Virus record (IMG/VR): IMGVR_UViG_3300028585_000533
Location: 1 to 44,095 of that record
Source of the DNA: a virus
Lineage: Duplodnaviria; Caudoviricetes
DNA length: 44,095 nt
Direction: 5' to 3' (one strand)
Position numbers and translations under genes: made by a program. Below are positions 16,397 to 25,709 of this stretch, in pieces (the stretch's first letter is position 1; each line of letters begins with the position of its first letter). The notes beneath the pieces were generated by a model that did not search any database, was not told the origin of the DNA, and saw only the letters and a list, made by a program, of their open reading frames with translations.

Positions 16397-16698
16397 CCGT
16401 CACCGACCCCCTCGGCCGCCCCTTCCCCGAGTACATGCGCAAGCTGCAGGACGCCGTCGCGCGGCAGGGCTACACGCAGGGGTTCTTCAAGCCGGCCGAC
16501 ACCGTCGAGGTCATGACGGTGCAGAGCGCCGACCCCGTCCGCGTCGCCGTTCAAGCGGAGGTGGTTCCGGCGCGCCTGTCCACGGACCCGCCCGTGCCGC
16601 CGACGTGCGCGCACGTCGGGCACCGGTGGCTGTCGAGGTCCGACGCCGGCGGGGCCCGCGAGTGGCAGACCTGCGCACGATGCGGGGCCGACCGATGA
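16393..16698 (+). CDS. Hypothetical protein with C-terminal C..VGH.W...C.RCG motif
   Basis: Coupled; motif resembles DUF1660-type zinc ribbons. Confidence 0.6.
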   Translation: MTVTDPLGRPFPEYMRKLQDAVARQGYTQGFFKPADTVEVMTVQSADPVRVAVQAEVVPARLSTDPPVPPTCAHVGHRWLSRSDAGGAREWQTCARCGADR

Positions 16699-17027
16699 TC
16701 CGCCGCCTCCTCGACCTCATCGGTCACCAGCCACAGCCCAATGGGCGGCCCTACCTCTGGTACATCGGCCGCCACGGATCGGTCGTCTACCCGCGCACCG
16801 ACCAGCGCGCGTCCCTGCGCATCCGCCTCAGCAAGTGGCATCCCGCGCCCGTGCGAGCAACGCTCGGACGCGTGGCCTTCTGGTGGGACCGACAACGGGA
16901 GTGGCCGCGCGTGCGCCGCGTGTGCGGTCAGCCCTTCCCGGGCGACATCCTGGGGCCGGTCATGGCGTGCGGCCTGTTCGTCGACCACCCCGGCGCGCAC
17001 GACGCGGACGGCATGGTGTGGCGATGA
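16695..17027 (+). CDS. Hypothetical protein with C-terminal Cys2His2 module
   Basis: Coupled; CGQ...GPVMAC.....H.G.H...GM.W. Confidence 0.6.
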   Translation: MIRRLLDLIGHQPQPNGRPYLWYIGRHGSVVYPRTDQRASLRIRLSKWHPAPVRATLGRVAFWWDRQREWPRVRRVCGQPFPGDILGPVMACGLFVDHPGAHDADGMVWR

Positions 17028-17212
17028 TCGGCAGGTGGCTTACCCGCCGCCGCGAGGCCGCCGCCAACGCCTACGTCGCGGCGTGCGGCGCTGACCGAGC
17101 AGCCTTCTCTCACCGCGCCGTGCTCGCCGCGTCGCGCCGCCTGTCCCGCGCCGACCGCATCCTCGACGCGTGGACGTGGCTGCCCCGCCACCTGACCCGC
17201 AAGGAGGACTGA
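17024..17212 (+). CDS. Hypothetical protein
   Basis: Coupled; carries the AAGGAGG RBS of the next gene. Confidence 0.6.
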   Translation: MIGRWLTRRREAAANAYVAACGADRAAFSHRAVLAASRRLSRADRILDAWTWLPRHLTRKED

Positions 17213-17649
17213 TGACCGGCCGCACCCCCGAGCAGGACGCCGCCGTGCAGGAGCACGCGACCGCCGCCCGCGAGGCCCGCACCCGCATGCTCGCCCTCGA
17301 GGGGCTGCACGCGGCCCACCCGAGCGTCAACCGCGCCCGCGAAATCGACGCCGCCCGAGCCGAGTGGCGCGGCCACGTCGAGGCTGCCGGCGTCATCCTC
17401 CGCGCGACCCGCACCGAGCCCGCCCACGAGCCGCGCCCCACGGTTGGCTCGGTCCTCCGCGGCCTCGCCCTCACCTGGCGCACCCACTACCGGGCCGCCC
17501 GCGCCGAGCAGGAGCGACGCCGCCGCGAGGCGTTCCGCTGCAGGGCAGCGTCCCCCGCGGCCATGCCCGGCCCGGTCGTGCACTGCATCCGCGACCGCGG
17601 GCACGACGGCCGCCACGGCTACGCCGGCATGTTCTGGGACGCACCGTGA
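17212..17649 (+). CDS. Hypothetical protein with C-terminal Cys2His2 module
   Basis: AAGGAGG RBS; CRA...GPVVHC.....H.G.H...GM.W. Confidence 0.7.
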   Translation: MTGRTPEQDAAVQEHATAAREARTRMLALEGLHAAHPSVNRAREIDAARAEWRGHVEAAGVILRATRTEPAHEPRPTVGSVLRGLALTWRTHYRAARAEQERRRREAFRCRAASPAAMPGPVVHCIRDRGHDGRHGYAGMFWDAP

Positions 17650-17999
17650 GCGGCCGCGAGCTCGACCCCGACGCCTACCACCCGCAGCACCCGTGGGAGC
17701 AGGTCGGGCACCCGCTCTACCTGCCGCCCGCGCGGCGGTCGCGGGGGAACTGGCCGCCCGAGGACGCCACCCCCGCGGGCCCGAGCGAGGAGCAGGCGTG
17801 GCGCACCTGCCGCGTCACGCGACCGCCGAGCCCGAGCGCCGCACGTACCGAGGGCTCGACCTGTGAGGCCGGCACCGTGGGCCCCGATGGTCGCCCCGCC
17901 GTTGCCCCTGCGCAGCGACGCCGAGTGGGACACCTGCCCGCACGCCTACGCCGCCGAGGACTGCCGCCGCTGCGACGCCGCCCTCGTCCCATGACGTGA
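17646..17999 (+). CDS. Hypothetical protein, 3' half of uncertain frame
   Basis: GTGA coupling; codon bias moves to other frames downstream. Confidence 0.4.
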   Translation: MSGRELDPDAYHPQHPWEQVGHPLYLPPARRSRGNWPPEDATPAGPSEEQAWRTCRVTRPPSPSAARTEGSTCEAGTVGPDGRPAVAPAQRRRVGHLPARLRRRGLPPLRRRPRPMT

Positions 18000-18052
18000 C
18001 CCCGGGGGCCTGACCACCCGGTCCTCGGGGCCACCCCCAGGAGGGACACCCC

Positions 18053-18388
18053 ATGCCCCGCCACCGCCACCCCTCAGGGCCCCGCCCCCAGGGCACCCCC
18101 GACGGGCGCGACATCGCACCGTGGACCGGCCGCGCGCGCGCACGTGCCCTCGCCCGGGTGAAGGCGCAGGGCGCCCGGCACCGCACCCCGTGCGTCATCT
18201 GCCACCAGCCCATCGACTACTCGCTCGAGTACCCGCACCCCGACAGCTGCTCGGTGCAGCACATCATCGCCCGCAAGGTGCGCCCCGACCTGACGTGGGA
18301 CCCGAGCAACTGGGGTCCCGGTCATCTGGTGTGCAACCAAGCTGCGGGACCACGACCGGTGCTGGACCTCGGCATCACCGACACGTGA
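18053..18388 (+). CDS. HNH endonuclease (terminase-associated)
   Basis: CVICHQPID...SVQHII...DPSNWGPGHLVCN; AGGAG RBS; upstream of TerS. Confidence 0.85.
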   Translation: MPRHRHPSGPRPQGTPDGRDIAPWTGRARARALARVKAQGARHRTPCVICHQPIDYSLEYPHPDSCSVQHIIARKVRPDLTWDPSNWGPGHLVCNQAAGPRPVLDLGITDT

Positions 18389-18399
18389 GGAGCGACACC

Positions 18400-18603
18400 G
18401 TGCACGACCACGACCACGCAGCAACCCGCACCGCCGCCGCGAAGGCGCACCGCCGCGACGCTGCCCGCACGCACGAGGCCGAAGCCGCCCTCATGCGACG
18501 GGGCAAGGGCACCCGAGACCCCCGCACCCTCGGGGCCCGACCCACACCCCAAGCCGCACACGACCAGTGCACCGACGACACCCACCAGGACGAGCACCAC
18601 TGA
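18400..18603 (+). CDS. Small His-rich hypothetical protein
   Basis: GAGGAG RBS before GTG. Confidence 0.55.
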   Translation: MHDHDHAATRTAAAKAHRRDAARTHEAEAALMRRGKGTRDPRTLGARPTPQAAHDQCTDDTHQDEHH

Positions 18604-18689
18604 CCACCCCGTAGAGGCCCACCACCAGGGGCACCCAGCACCCCCACCGCCCGCCAACCACCCACCAGACCCGCGCCCACCACCACCGA

Positions 18690-18820
18690 AGGGGTAGGGG
18701 GCCTCCAAGATGCACGCCGTGCACCCTGACCTGTTCGCCGCCGGAGAGGCCTCCCCCCCCGAGCTCCGCGACGGGAGGTGGGGGTCGCGCGTGTGCGCGT
18801 GTGCGTGCGCGTGCGCGCGA
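18690..18820. other. Probable genome terminus (cos) region
   Basis: Non-coding gap between HNH and TerS, GGGGTAGGGGG tract, CCTCCC/GGGAGG inverted repeat, C-rich to G-rich strand switch; exact cut site not determinable. Confidence 0.5.
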
Positions 18821-18999
18821 GGGACAGGCTAGCGCGCCGCCTGGGTCCACCTGGGTCTACTGAGGGGTTCGGGCCGGGAGAGGGGCGCACAGCGCGCCGG
18901 GGCGGTCGTGAGCTGCGTGCAGGCGACCGGGCGGGGTAGACGGACCGTCCGGGTGCCAGGAATCACGAGCTGAGACCACAGGACGACGAGGTGAGTGCG

Positions 19000-19482
19000 A
19001 TGAGCGAGGAGCCGACCGAGCCGCCTGCGGAGGCTGCAGAGCCCGCGGCGCTGGTCGACCTCGACCTCGACCTGTCCCTCGTCGACGCCACGCGTCGCGC
19101 GGTCGCGGCTGAGCCTCGTCTGCGCGACCCGCGCTTCCATGCGGCGGTCGTGAACCTGATGCGCCTCGCTCGGAAAATCGACGCGTGGGACCAGATTGTC
19201 GAGTGGGCGCTGGAGGATGTCGCCGGCAAGGGCCGCGGCGGGCGGCCGGCGGTGCCGCAGAACGACAACGTCAGCGCGTCGGCGTACGCGAAGCAGCTCG
19301 AGCAGCTGGGCCTGACCCCGACGGGCCGGAAGGCGCTGGGCCGCCCCATCCGTGACTTCAACGAGCCCGAGCGCGAGACTCCCGCGACGGCGGCTGACGA
19401 GAAGGGCGGCGTCGGTGGCGGAGCAGGAGGCAAGGTCAGCAAGCTCGACGCCTACCGTGGACAGGCGTCCGCCGCGCGGTGA
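19000..19482 (+). CDS. terS: Terminase small subunit
   Basis: LARKID...Y.K.LEQLGLTPTGR, SKLDAYR; directly upstream of TerL. Confidence 0.85.
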   Translation: MSEEPTEPPAEAAEPAALVDLDLDLSLVDATRRAVAAEPRLRDPRFHAAVVNLMRLARKIDAWDQIVEWALEDVAGKGRGGRPAVPQNDNVSASAYAKQLEQLGLTPTGRKALGRPIRDFNEPERETPATAADEKGGVGGGAGGKVSKLDAYRGQASAAR

Positions 19483-21271
19483 CGGCTCCGACCACGACAA
19501 CGTGGTCTACGCCGGGTGGGAGGACCTGCCCGACGGTGTCCTCTACGGGCACGCGGTGCCCCGCATCCACACGAAGCCGCTGCGCGAGCTGCACGCGGGT
19601 CGTCATGACTCGTTCGGCCAGATGGTCGAGGCGCCGACGTCGCTGGGGTTCCTGTTCATCACGTGGGCCCGGGACATGTTCGGCATCCGTCTCGACCCGT
19701 GGCAGCGGTGGCTCGTCATCCACATGCTCGAGACCCGCCCCGACGACCGGCTGAGGTTCTCCACGGGCCTCGTGCTCGTGGCCAGGCAGAACGGCAAGAG
19801 CACGCTGTCGCAGCTGCTGTCGCTGTTCTTCATGATGGTCATGTCCTGGCCGGTCGTCGTCGGCACCGCGCAGGACCTCCCCACCGCCGAGGAGGTCTAC
19901 GAGGGCGCCATCGCGCTCCTGGAGGACGACGACGAGCTCGCGTCGCTCATCGCGGACCGCGGCAAGACCAACGGGAAGAAGTTCATCCGCCTCACCAGCG
20001 GTGAGCGGTACCTCGTGAAGGCCGCGAACCGGAAGGCCGGCCGCGGGCTGTCGGGCAACTTCGTGCTGCTCGACGAGCTCCGCGAGCAGCACAACTGGGC
20101 CGCGTGGGCCGCGATCACGAAGACCACGAACGCGCAGCGCAACCGGTTCATCCTCGGCCTGTCGAACGCCGGGGACCTCGCGAGCATCGTGCTGCGGCAC
20201 CTGCGGGAGGTCGCGCACCGGCAGCTCGGCGACCCTGACGGCATCCTCGTCCTCAGCGACGTCACGGCGCCGTCCGAGTTCGAGGTCGAGACCGACGGCG
20301 CCCCGGACCTGCTCGTCGACGTCGAGGACGGCGAGGAGCCGGGCGAGGACCAGCCGGTTACCGTCGCGGACCTCACGCAGTCGCCGGTGACGCTGTTCCT
20401 CGCGGAGTGGTCGGCGGAGCCCGGCATCGACCGGCGCGAGCGTCTGGGGTGGCAGCAGGCCAATGGGTCGCTGGGCTACCGCGGCATGCAGGAAGAGACC
20501 CTCGTCGAGCAGGTCGAGATCGACGCCGAGTGGACGTTCCGCACCGAGGTGCTGTGCCAGTGGCCGAGCACGTCTCTCGCGGGCCCGTTCCCGCCCGGGT
20601 CGTGGGAGGCGGGCGTCAACACCCTCGAGGACACTCCTGCCGGGCCGCGGGTCCGGGCTGAGGACCGCACGGTCGGGCCGCTCGACCTCTGCATCGACAT
20701 GAGCGAGGGCCGCGCGTTCACCTACGTTGCCGCGGTCGGGGTGCGCCCGGACGGGAAGCACCACGTCGTGATCCTCGCCGCCAGGCAGGGCACCGGCTGG
20801 GTGCGGTCGTTCATCATGCAGCACGCCGACCGGAAGCGGTTCCGGTACTGGACCGGGCAGGACTCAGGTGCCCCGGTGTCGGGCCTGGTGAAGACGCTCG
20901 TCGAGGACGGCACGTTCACGCTGCGGCACCGGCCGTGGAAGGGCGGTGACCTCATGGCCGCCTTCGGGTCCCTGTTCGATGCCGTGCGTGACGAGACGAT
21001 CCGCCACCACCGGCAGGCCGTGCTCGACATGGCCGCCGGCACCGCGGTCACGAAGCGGCTCGGTGACGCGTGGGTCATCGACCGCAGCGCATCCGAGATC
21101 GACGCGGCGCCGCTCGTGGCCGCGTCCGGTGCGTACTGGCTCGCGACCGCCCCGCCCCTTCGAGAGCTGCCGCCGCCGCCGGCGCCCGTGGCGCTCTCCA
21201 CCATCACGCCCGCCTCCGGACGCTCGCCCTCGACGACGGGTGGTGGTCGCTCGCGGCGGTTCGACTTCTGA
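19457..21271 (+). CDS. terL: Terminase large subunit (start uncertain)
   Basis: LDPWQ, Walker A ARQNGKS, Walker B VLLDELRE, SNAGD, nuclease acidic residues CIDMS and IDAAP. Confidence 0.92.
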   Translation: MDRRPPRGDGSDHDNVVYAGWEDLPDGVLYGHAVPRIHTKPLRELHAGRHDSFGQMVEAPTSLGFLFITWARDMFGIRLDPWQRWLVIHMLETRPDDRLRFSTGLVLVARQNGKSTLSQLLSLFFMMVMSWPVVVGTAQDLPTAEEVYEGAIALLEDDDELASLIADRGKTNGKKFIRLTSGERYLVKAANRKAGRGLSGNFVLLDELREQHNWAAWAAITKTTNAQRNRFILGLSNAGDLASIVLRHLREVAHRQLGDPDGILVLSDVTAPSEFEVETDGAPDLLVDVEDGEEPGEDQPVTVADLTQSPVTLFLAEWSAEPGIDRRERLGWQQANGSLGYRGMQEETLVEQVEIDAEWTFRTEVLCQWPSTSLAGPFPPGSWEAGVNTLEDTPAGPRVRAEDRTVGPLDLCIDMSEGRAFTYVAAVGVRPDGKHHVVILAARQGTGWVRSFIMQHADRKRFRYWTGQDSGAPVSGLVKTLVEDGTFTLRHRPWKGGDLMAAFGSLFDAVRDETIRHHRQAVLDMAAGTAVTKRLGDAWVIDRSASEIDAAPLVAASGAYWLATAPPLRELPPPPAPVALSTITPASGRSPSTTGGGRSRRFDF

Positions 21272-21286
21272 CGAAGGGACACCCAC

Positions 21287-22612
21287 ATGGCCGACGACGA
21301 CAAGACCGGGCCCGTCAACACGACGGCGAAGGGCTACGTGAACGGCGGTGTCGGGTACTACGTCAGCGGGTTCGACCCGAACGAGAAGAACCCCGCGTGC
21401 CAGTGGCCGGCATCGATCGGCACGTACGACGCGATGCTGCGGCAGGACGCGCAGGTCACGAGCGTGCTCCGTGCCCTCGTGCTGCCGATCCTGCGGACGT
21501 CGTGGAAGCTCGATGCGGCAGGCGCCGACCAGGAGGTCGTCGACATCGTCGCGGACGACCTCGGCCTACAGATCAAGGGGCAGGAGAACAGGCAGCCTCG
21601 CCGCACTCGCGATCGGTTCGACTTCCAGGAGCACCTGCGCCTGGCGCTGACGAAGCTGCGCTACGGGCACGCGTTCTTCGAGCAGGTCTACGAGGTCCGC
21701 GACGGCCGCGCCCGCCTGCGGAAGCTTATGTGGTTGCCGCCGCGCACGATCCGCGAGATCAAGGCCGCCCGCGACGGTGGCCTCGTCGGCATCCGCCAGG
21801 CCGAGACGGCGACGGGCGACCTCATCCCGGTGTCGCAGCTCGTCGCCCACATCAACGACCGCGAGGGTGGCAACTGGATCGGGCAGTCGCTGCTGCGGCC
21901 GGCGTTCAAGTTCTGGCGGCTCAAGGACATGGCCCTGCAGACCGAGGCGGAGACCCTCGAGCGGCAGGGCATGGGCGTGCCGAACTACACAGCGGCACCC
22001 ATCCCCGACGGCATGACCGACCCCGCCGACATGCTCAAGTGGCAGGAGAACGAGATCGCCCGAGGCGCTGCCTACGCGCAGGCCTTCCGCGCCGGTGAGA
22101 GCGCGGGCGGAGCCATCCCGAACGGCGCCGCGATGGAGCTCATGGGCGTCAAGGGCCAGCTGCCCGATGCCGACAAGGCGCTGCGCCGGTACGACGAGCA
22201 GATCGCCGGTGCGGTCCTCGCGAACTTCCTCAAGCTCGGCGGCTCCGACTCGACCGGGTCCTACGCGCTCGGGACGACGTTCGCGGACTTCTTCACGATG
22301 AGCCTGCAGGCCGTCGCGAAGGATCTCGCCGCGACGATCAACGCGCACGTCGTCGAGGACCTCGTCGACCTGAACTGGGGCGTCGACGCCGTCGCGCCGC
22401 GCGTGGTGTTCGACGAGATCGGCACGACGCACCCGGTGACGGGCGAGGCCATCCGCGCGCTCATCGAGTCCGGCGCGATCCGCGCGGACGACGACCTCGA
22501 GCGCGACCTGCGCACGAAGTACGGCCTGCCGCAGCCCGACACGGCGTCGACCCGCACCTACAAGGGCAACACCGGCAAGGGCGCCGCCGAGGACGAGGGG
22601 GTGGCCGCATGA
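21287..22612 (+). CDS. Portal protein (DUF935/Mu gp29-like)
   Basis: YDAM..D..V.S.L, GHAFFEQVY, G.SLLRPA...W..K, GSYALG; position after TerL. Confidence 0.9.
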   Translation: MADDDKTGPVNTTAKGYVNGGVGYYVSGFDPNEKNPACQWPASIGTYDAMLRQDAQVTSVLRALVLPILRTSWKLDAAGADQEVVDIVADDLGLQIKGQENRQPRRTRDRFDFQEHLRLALTKLRYGHAFFEQVYEVRDGRARLRKLMWLPPRTIREIKAARDGGLVGIRQAETATGDLIPVSQLVAHINDREGGNWIGQSLLRPAFKFWRLKDMALQTEAETLERQGMGVPNYTAAPIPDGMTDPADMLKWQENEIARGAAYAQAFRAGESAGGAIPNGAAMELMGVKGQLPDADKALRRYDEQIAGAVLANFLKLGGSDSTGSYALGTTFADFFTMSLQAVAKDLAATINAHVVEDLVDLNWGVDAVAPRVVFDEIGTTHPVTGEAIRALIESGAIRADDDLERDLRTKYGLPQPDTASTRTYKGNTGKGAAEDEGVAA

Positions 22613-24384
22613 CGGTCACGATCGTCGTCGGCGCCCCATGTGCCGGCAAGAGCACCTACGTGGACGCGGAGCACGCGGACGACGACGTGGTCGTCGACTT
22701 CGACCGGCTCGCACAGGCCCTCGGCTCGAGCACCCCGCACGACGCGACCGACGACGTGCGGCGCGCCACGCACGCGGCCCGGTACTCGGCCATCGCGCAG
22801 GCCCTCGAGGTCGAGACGGACTCCTGGGTCGTGGAGACGTCGCCGACACCCGAGCGGGTCGCGCTGTACGTCGACGCGGGCGCCGAGTTCGTGCTGCTCG
22901 ACCCGGGCATCGACATGTGCCTGCAGCGCGCGGAGGACGACGACCGGCCCGAGGGCACGGATGACACCATCCGCGCCTGGTACGAGGACCCGCCGGTGCT
23001 GCCCGACACCACACGCCGCGTCGAGGACGTGGCCGCCAGAGCCGCCCGAGGGCGAGAAGGAGTCACCATGTCCGACCGCAACCCCTACGGCGCCCCGCAG
23101 GCCGACCGGCCCGAGTGGTACCGCGTCGGCAACGTCGTGCGCGACGAGGCCCGCGGCACGTCATCGGCCGAGATCTGGGTCGACGACGTCATCGACCCGT
23201 GGTGGGGCATCAACGCGTCGACGTTCCGGCAGGAGCTCGCCGCGCTCGACGTCGACCGGATCACCTTGTACGTCAACTCGCCCGGCGGGTCGGTGTACGA
23301 GGCCATCGACATGATGAACAACCTGCGCCGGCACGACGCGCACGTCACCGCGGTCGTGAACGGTCTGGCCGCGTCGGCGGCGTCGTTCCTGATCCTCGGC
23401 GCGGACGAGGTCGTCATGGCCCCGCACAGCGAGCTGATGATCCACGACGCGTCGACGATCGTGTGGGGCAACGCCGAGGACATGGAACGCACCCTCGCGG
23501 ACCTCAACCGCATCAGCGACAACATCGCGTCGATGTACGCCGAGAAGGCCGGCGGCGCCCCCGAGGACTGGCGGGTCCGCATGATCGCGGAGACGTGGTT
23601 CACGGACCGCGAGGCCGTCGAGATGGGCCTCGCCGACCGCGTCGAGGGCACCACCCGCACCAACGTCGAGGACCGCTTCGACCTGTCGGCCTTCGCCCAC
23701 GCGGGCCGCTCGCACGCACCCGCTCCGGAGTCGACGTCGACCGTCGCCTCCCTCCGTGACCGCGTGATGCGGTCCGGCACCGTCTCCCCGGCCGACGCCG
23801 TGCAGCAGGTCGCTGCGCGCCTCGTCGCTCGGGCACCGAAGCCGCCGACGCCGTCGGAGGACAGCACCACCACCCACGACACGAGAGGAAGCGACCGCAT
23901 GGACGCGACCATCCGACAGGGGTTCATCGACGCGCTCGGCATCACCGATGCTGACGCGACCGACGAGGCGATCCTCGCCGCGACCCGCGAGGCGCTCGAC
24001 GAGCGTGCCGACGCGGACGCACCCTCCGCCCCGACCGCAGCCCTGCCGGGCACGACGGTCATCGACAGCACGCAGCTCGAGCAGCTGCAGCGCGACGCCG
24101 CCGCCGGCCGCGAGGCCCGCGACCAGCAGAACGCCGACCGTCGCACCGCGGTGCTGAACCGCGCGATCGACGAGGGCCGCATCGCCCCCGCGAACCGTGC
24201 CGCGTTCGCTGCGCTGCTCGACGCCGACGAAGCGGGCACGACCGCCCGCATCGCCGACATGGCGCCCGTGTTCAACACGACGCCGAAGGGCTACCAGGGC
24301 GGCGTCAAGGAGTCCAGCGACGCGGGCTCGGTCACCTACGACATGTTCTGGCCCGAGGCCGACACGACCACGAAGGGGGCCTGA
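22609..24384 (+). CDS. Fusion: P-loop kinase-like domain + ClpP-type prohead protease + scaffold
   Basis: GAPCAGKST; NSPGG, AASAAS, MIHDA; helical C-terminal scaffold; internal in-frame RBS+ATG at 23068 and 23899. Confidence 0.85.
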   Translation: MTVTIVVGAPCAGKSTYVDAEHADDDVVVDFDRLAQALGSSTPHDATDDVRRATHAARYSAIAQALEVETDSWVVETSPTPERVALYVDAGAEFVLLDPGIDMCLQRAEDDDRPEGTDDTIRAWYEDPPVLPDTTRRVEDVAARAARGREGVTMSDRNPYGAPQADRPEWYRVGNVVRDEARGTSSAEIWVDDVIDPWWGINASTFRQELAALDVDRITLYVNSPGGSVYEAIDMMNNLRRHDAHVTAVVNGLAASAASFLILGADEVVMAPHSELMIHDASTIVWGNAEDMERTLADLNRISDNIASMYAEKAGGAPEDWRVRMIAETWFTDREAVEMGLADRVEGTTRTNVEDRFDLSAFAHAGRSHAPAPESTSTVASLRDRVMRSGTVSPADAVQQVAARLVARAPKPPTPSEDSTTTHDTRGSDRMDATIRQGFIDALGITDADATDEAILAATREALDERADADAPSAPTAALPGTTVIDSTQLEQLQRDAAAGREARDQQNADRRTAVLNRAIDEGRIAPANRAAFAALLDADEAGTTARIADMAPVFNTTPKGYQGGVKESSDAGSVTYDMFWPEADTTTKGA

Positions 24385-24385
24385 C

Positions 24386-24745
24386 ATGGCCGAGCAGGAG
24401 TACACCGAGCGCTTCACCCCGGGGCACGACGTCACGTTCGCTGTCGGCGACGACGTCCGCGCCGGCCGCGTCGTCGAGGTCACCGGCAACCGCCAGATCG
24501 CCGAGACCAGCGGTGCCTCCGCGAAGGTCGCCGGCGTCGCCGCCGAGGACCGCAAGGCCGGCGGCGACGTCGTCGTGAAGCACGGCAAGTGGCACGACCT
24601 CATCGCCTCGGGCGCGATCACCGCAGGTGACCGTGTCGCGTCGGCCGCGGGCGGCACCGTCGCCACGGCGACCCAGAACACCATCGGCCTCGCGATCGAG
24701 GGCGCCGCCGACGGGGCAACCGCCCTCATCCGACTCGACCAGTAA
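24386..24745 (+). CDS. Capsid cement/decoration protein (DUF2190-like)
   Basis: GVAA.D...G..V.V...ASGAITAGD.V; between protease and capsid. Confidence 0.75.
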   Translation: MAEQEYTERFTPGHDVTFAVGDDVRAGRVVEVTGNRQIAETSGASAKVAGVAAEDRKAGGDVVVKHGKWHDLIASGAITAGDRVASAAGGTVATATQNTIGLAIEGAADGATALIRLDQ

Positions 24746-24756
24746 GGACAAACGAC

Positions 24757-25695
24757 ATGGGCACTCAGTACCCGGCGGAGCCGGTCACCCTCTCCCAGAA
24801 CAACACGGTGCAGGAGGTGCACCACCTGCTCGACCAGCCCGAGATCATCGCGCGTCGAGAGCAGACGCTCACCGACCACGGCTTCATCGCCGACTACATC
24901 CTCCCCGGCCGCTACGAGGCGGTCGGCGGAGCGATCGTCTACGAGACCGGTGGCGAGACCATCTTCCCGACCGGGTCCCCGGAGCGCGTCGCCCCCGGCG
25001 GCGAGTACCCCCTCACGTCGTTCAACAACGGAGCGCTGGCCACCGCGCGCACGGTGAAGTGGGGACAGGACGCGTACGTCACCGACGAGGCGATCAAGCG
25101 CCAGCGTCTGCAGCCCGTCGACCGGGGCCTCCGCAAGCTCGCCAACGGCATGATCCGCCACATCGACTCGGTGGCACTCGGGCTCATCGGGTCGGCGGTC
25201 AAGACCACGTTCAAGGCGTCGGGCGCCTGGTCGGACATCGAGCGCGCCGTCGAGGACATCCTCGTGAAGACGGCGCAGCGCGAGCAGGACCTGATCGGCG
25301 AGGGATTCGACTTCCAGACCGTGCTGCTGACCCCCGTGCAGCACGCGCAGCTGACGGCGTGGCTCATCAACAGCGACAAGCTGCCGCGCGAGGCGGGCAA
25401 CCCGCAGTTCACCGGCGTCGTGTCCGGGTACCTGGACAAGGACTGGGTCAAGAGCAAGTACCTGCCGTTCAACGACCCGATGATCCTCGACCGCAACTTC
25501 CTCGGCGGCATGGCCGACGAGGACCTCGGCTCGCCCGGCTACGTCCGCAGTGCGGAGGGCGTCGGCGTCGAGACGAAGGTCATCCGCGACGACGACAACG
25601 ACCGCTACCGCCTCCGCGCGCGTCGCGTCACCGTGCCCGTCGTCATGGAGCCCCTCGCGGGCTTCACCATCACCGACACCGGCCTCGCGGCCTGA
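24757..25695 (+). CDS. Major capsid protein
   Basis: 312 aa, V.PGGEYP, KWG....TDEA, C-terminal V.EP.A; position; TAAGGA RBS. Confidence 0.88.
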   Translation: MGTQYPAEPVTLSQNNTVQEVHHLLDQPEIIARREQTLTDHGFIADYILPGRYEAVGGAIVYETGGETIFPTGSPERVAPGGEYPLTSFNNGALATARTVKWGQDAYVTDEAIKRQRLQPVDRGLRKLANGMIRHIDSVALGLIGSAVKTTFKASGAWSDIERAVEDILVKTAQREQDLIGEGFDFQTVLLTPVQHAQLTAWLINSDKLPREAGNPQFTGVVSGYLDKDWVKSKYLPFNDPMILDRNFLGGMADEDLGSPGYVRSAEGVGVETKVIRDDDNDRYRLRARRVTVPVVMEPLAGFTITDTGLAA

Positions 25696-25709
25696 GAGAG
25701 CAGGACAGC

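Noticed and set aside
20260-20390. Acidic insertion in TerL as a possible intein
   Set aside because: Short, with no C/S...HN splice motifs; more likely a flexible loop
441-22612. C-terminal -AA on Cro, the HNH-like protein, the 4829 protein and portal as degradation tags
   Set aside because: All arise from GCA-TGA overlapping the next ATG, so the signal is ambiguous; Cro may still be tagged
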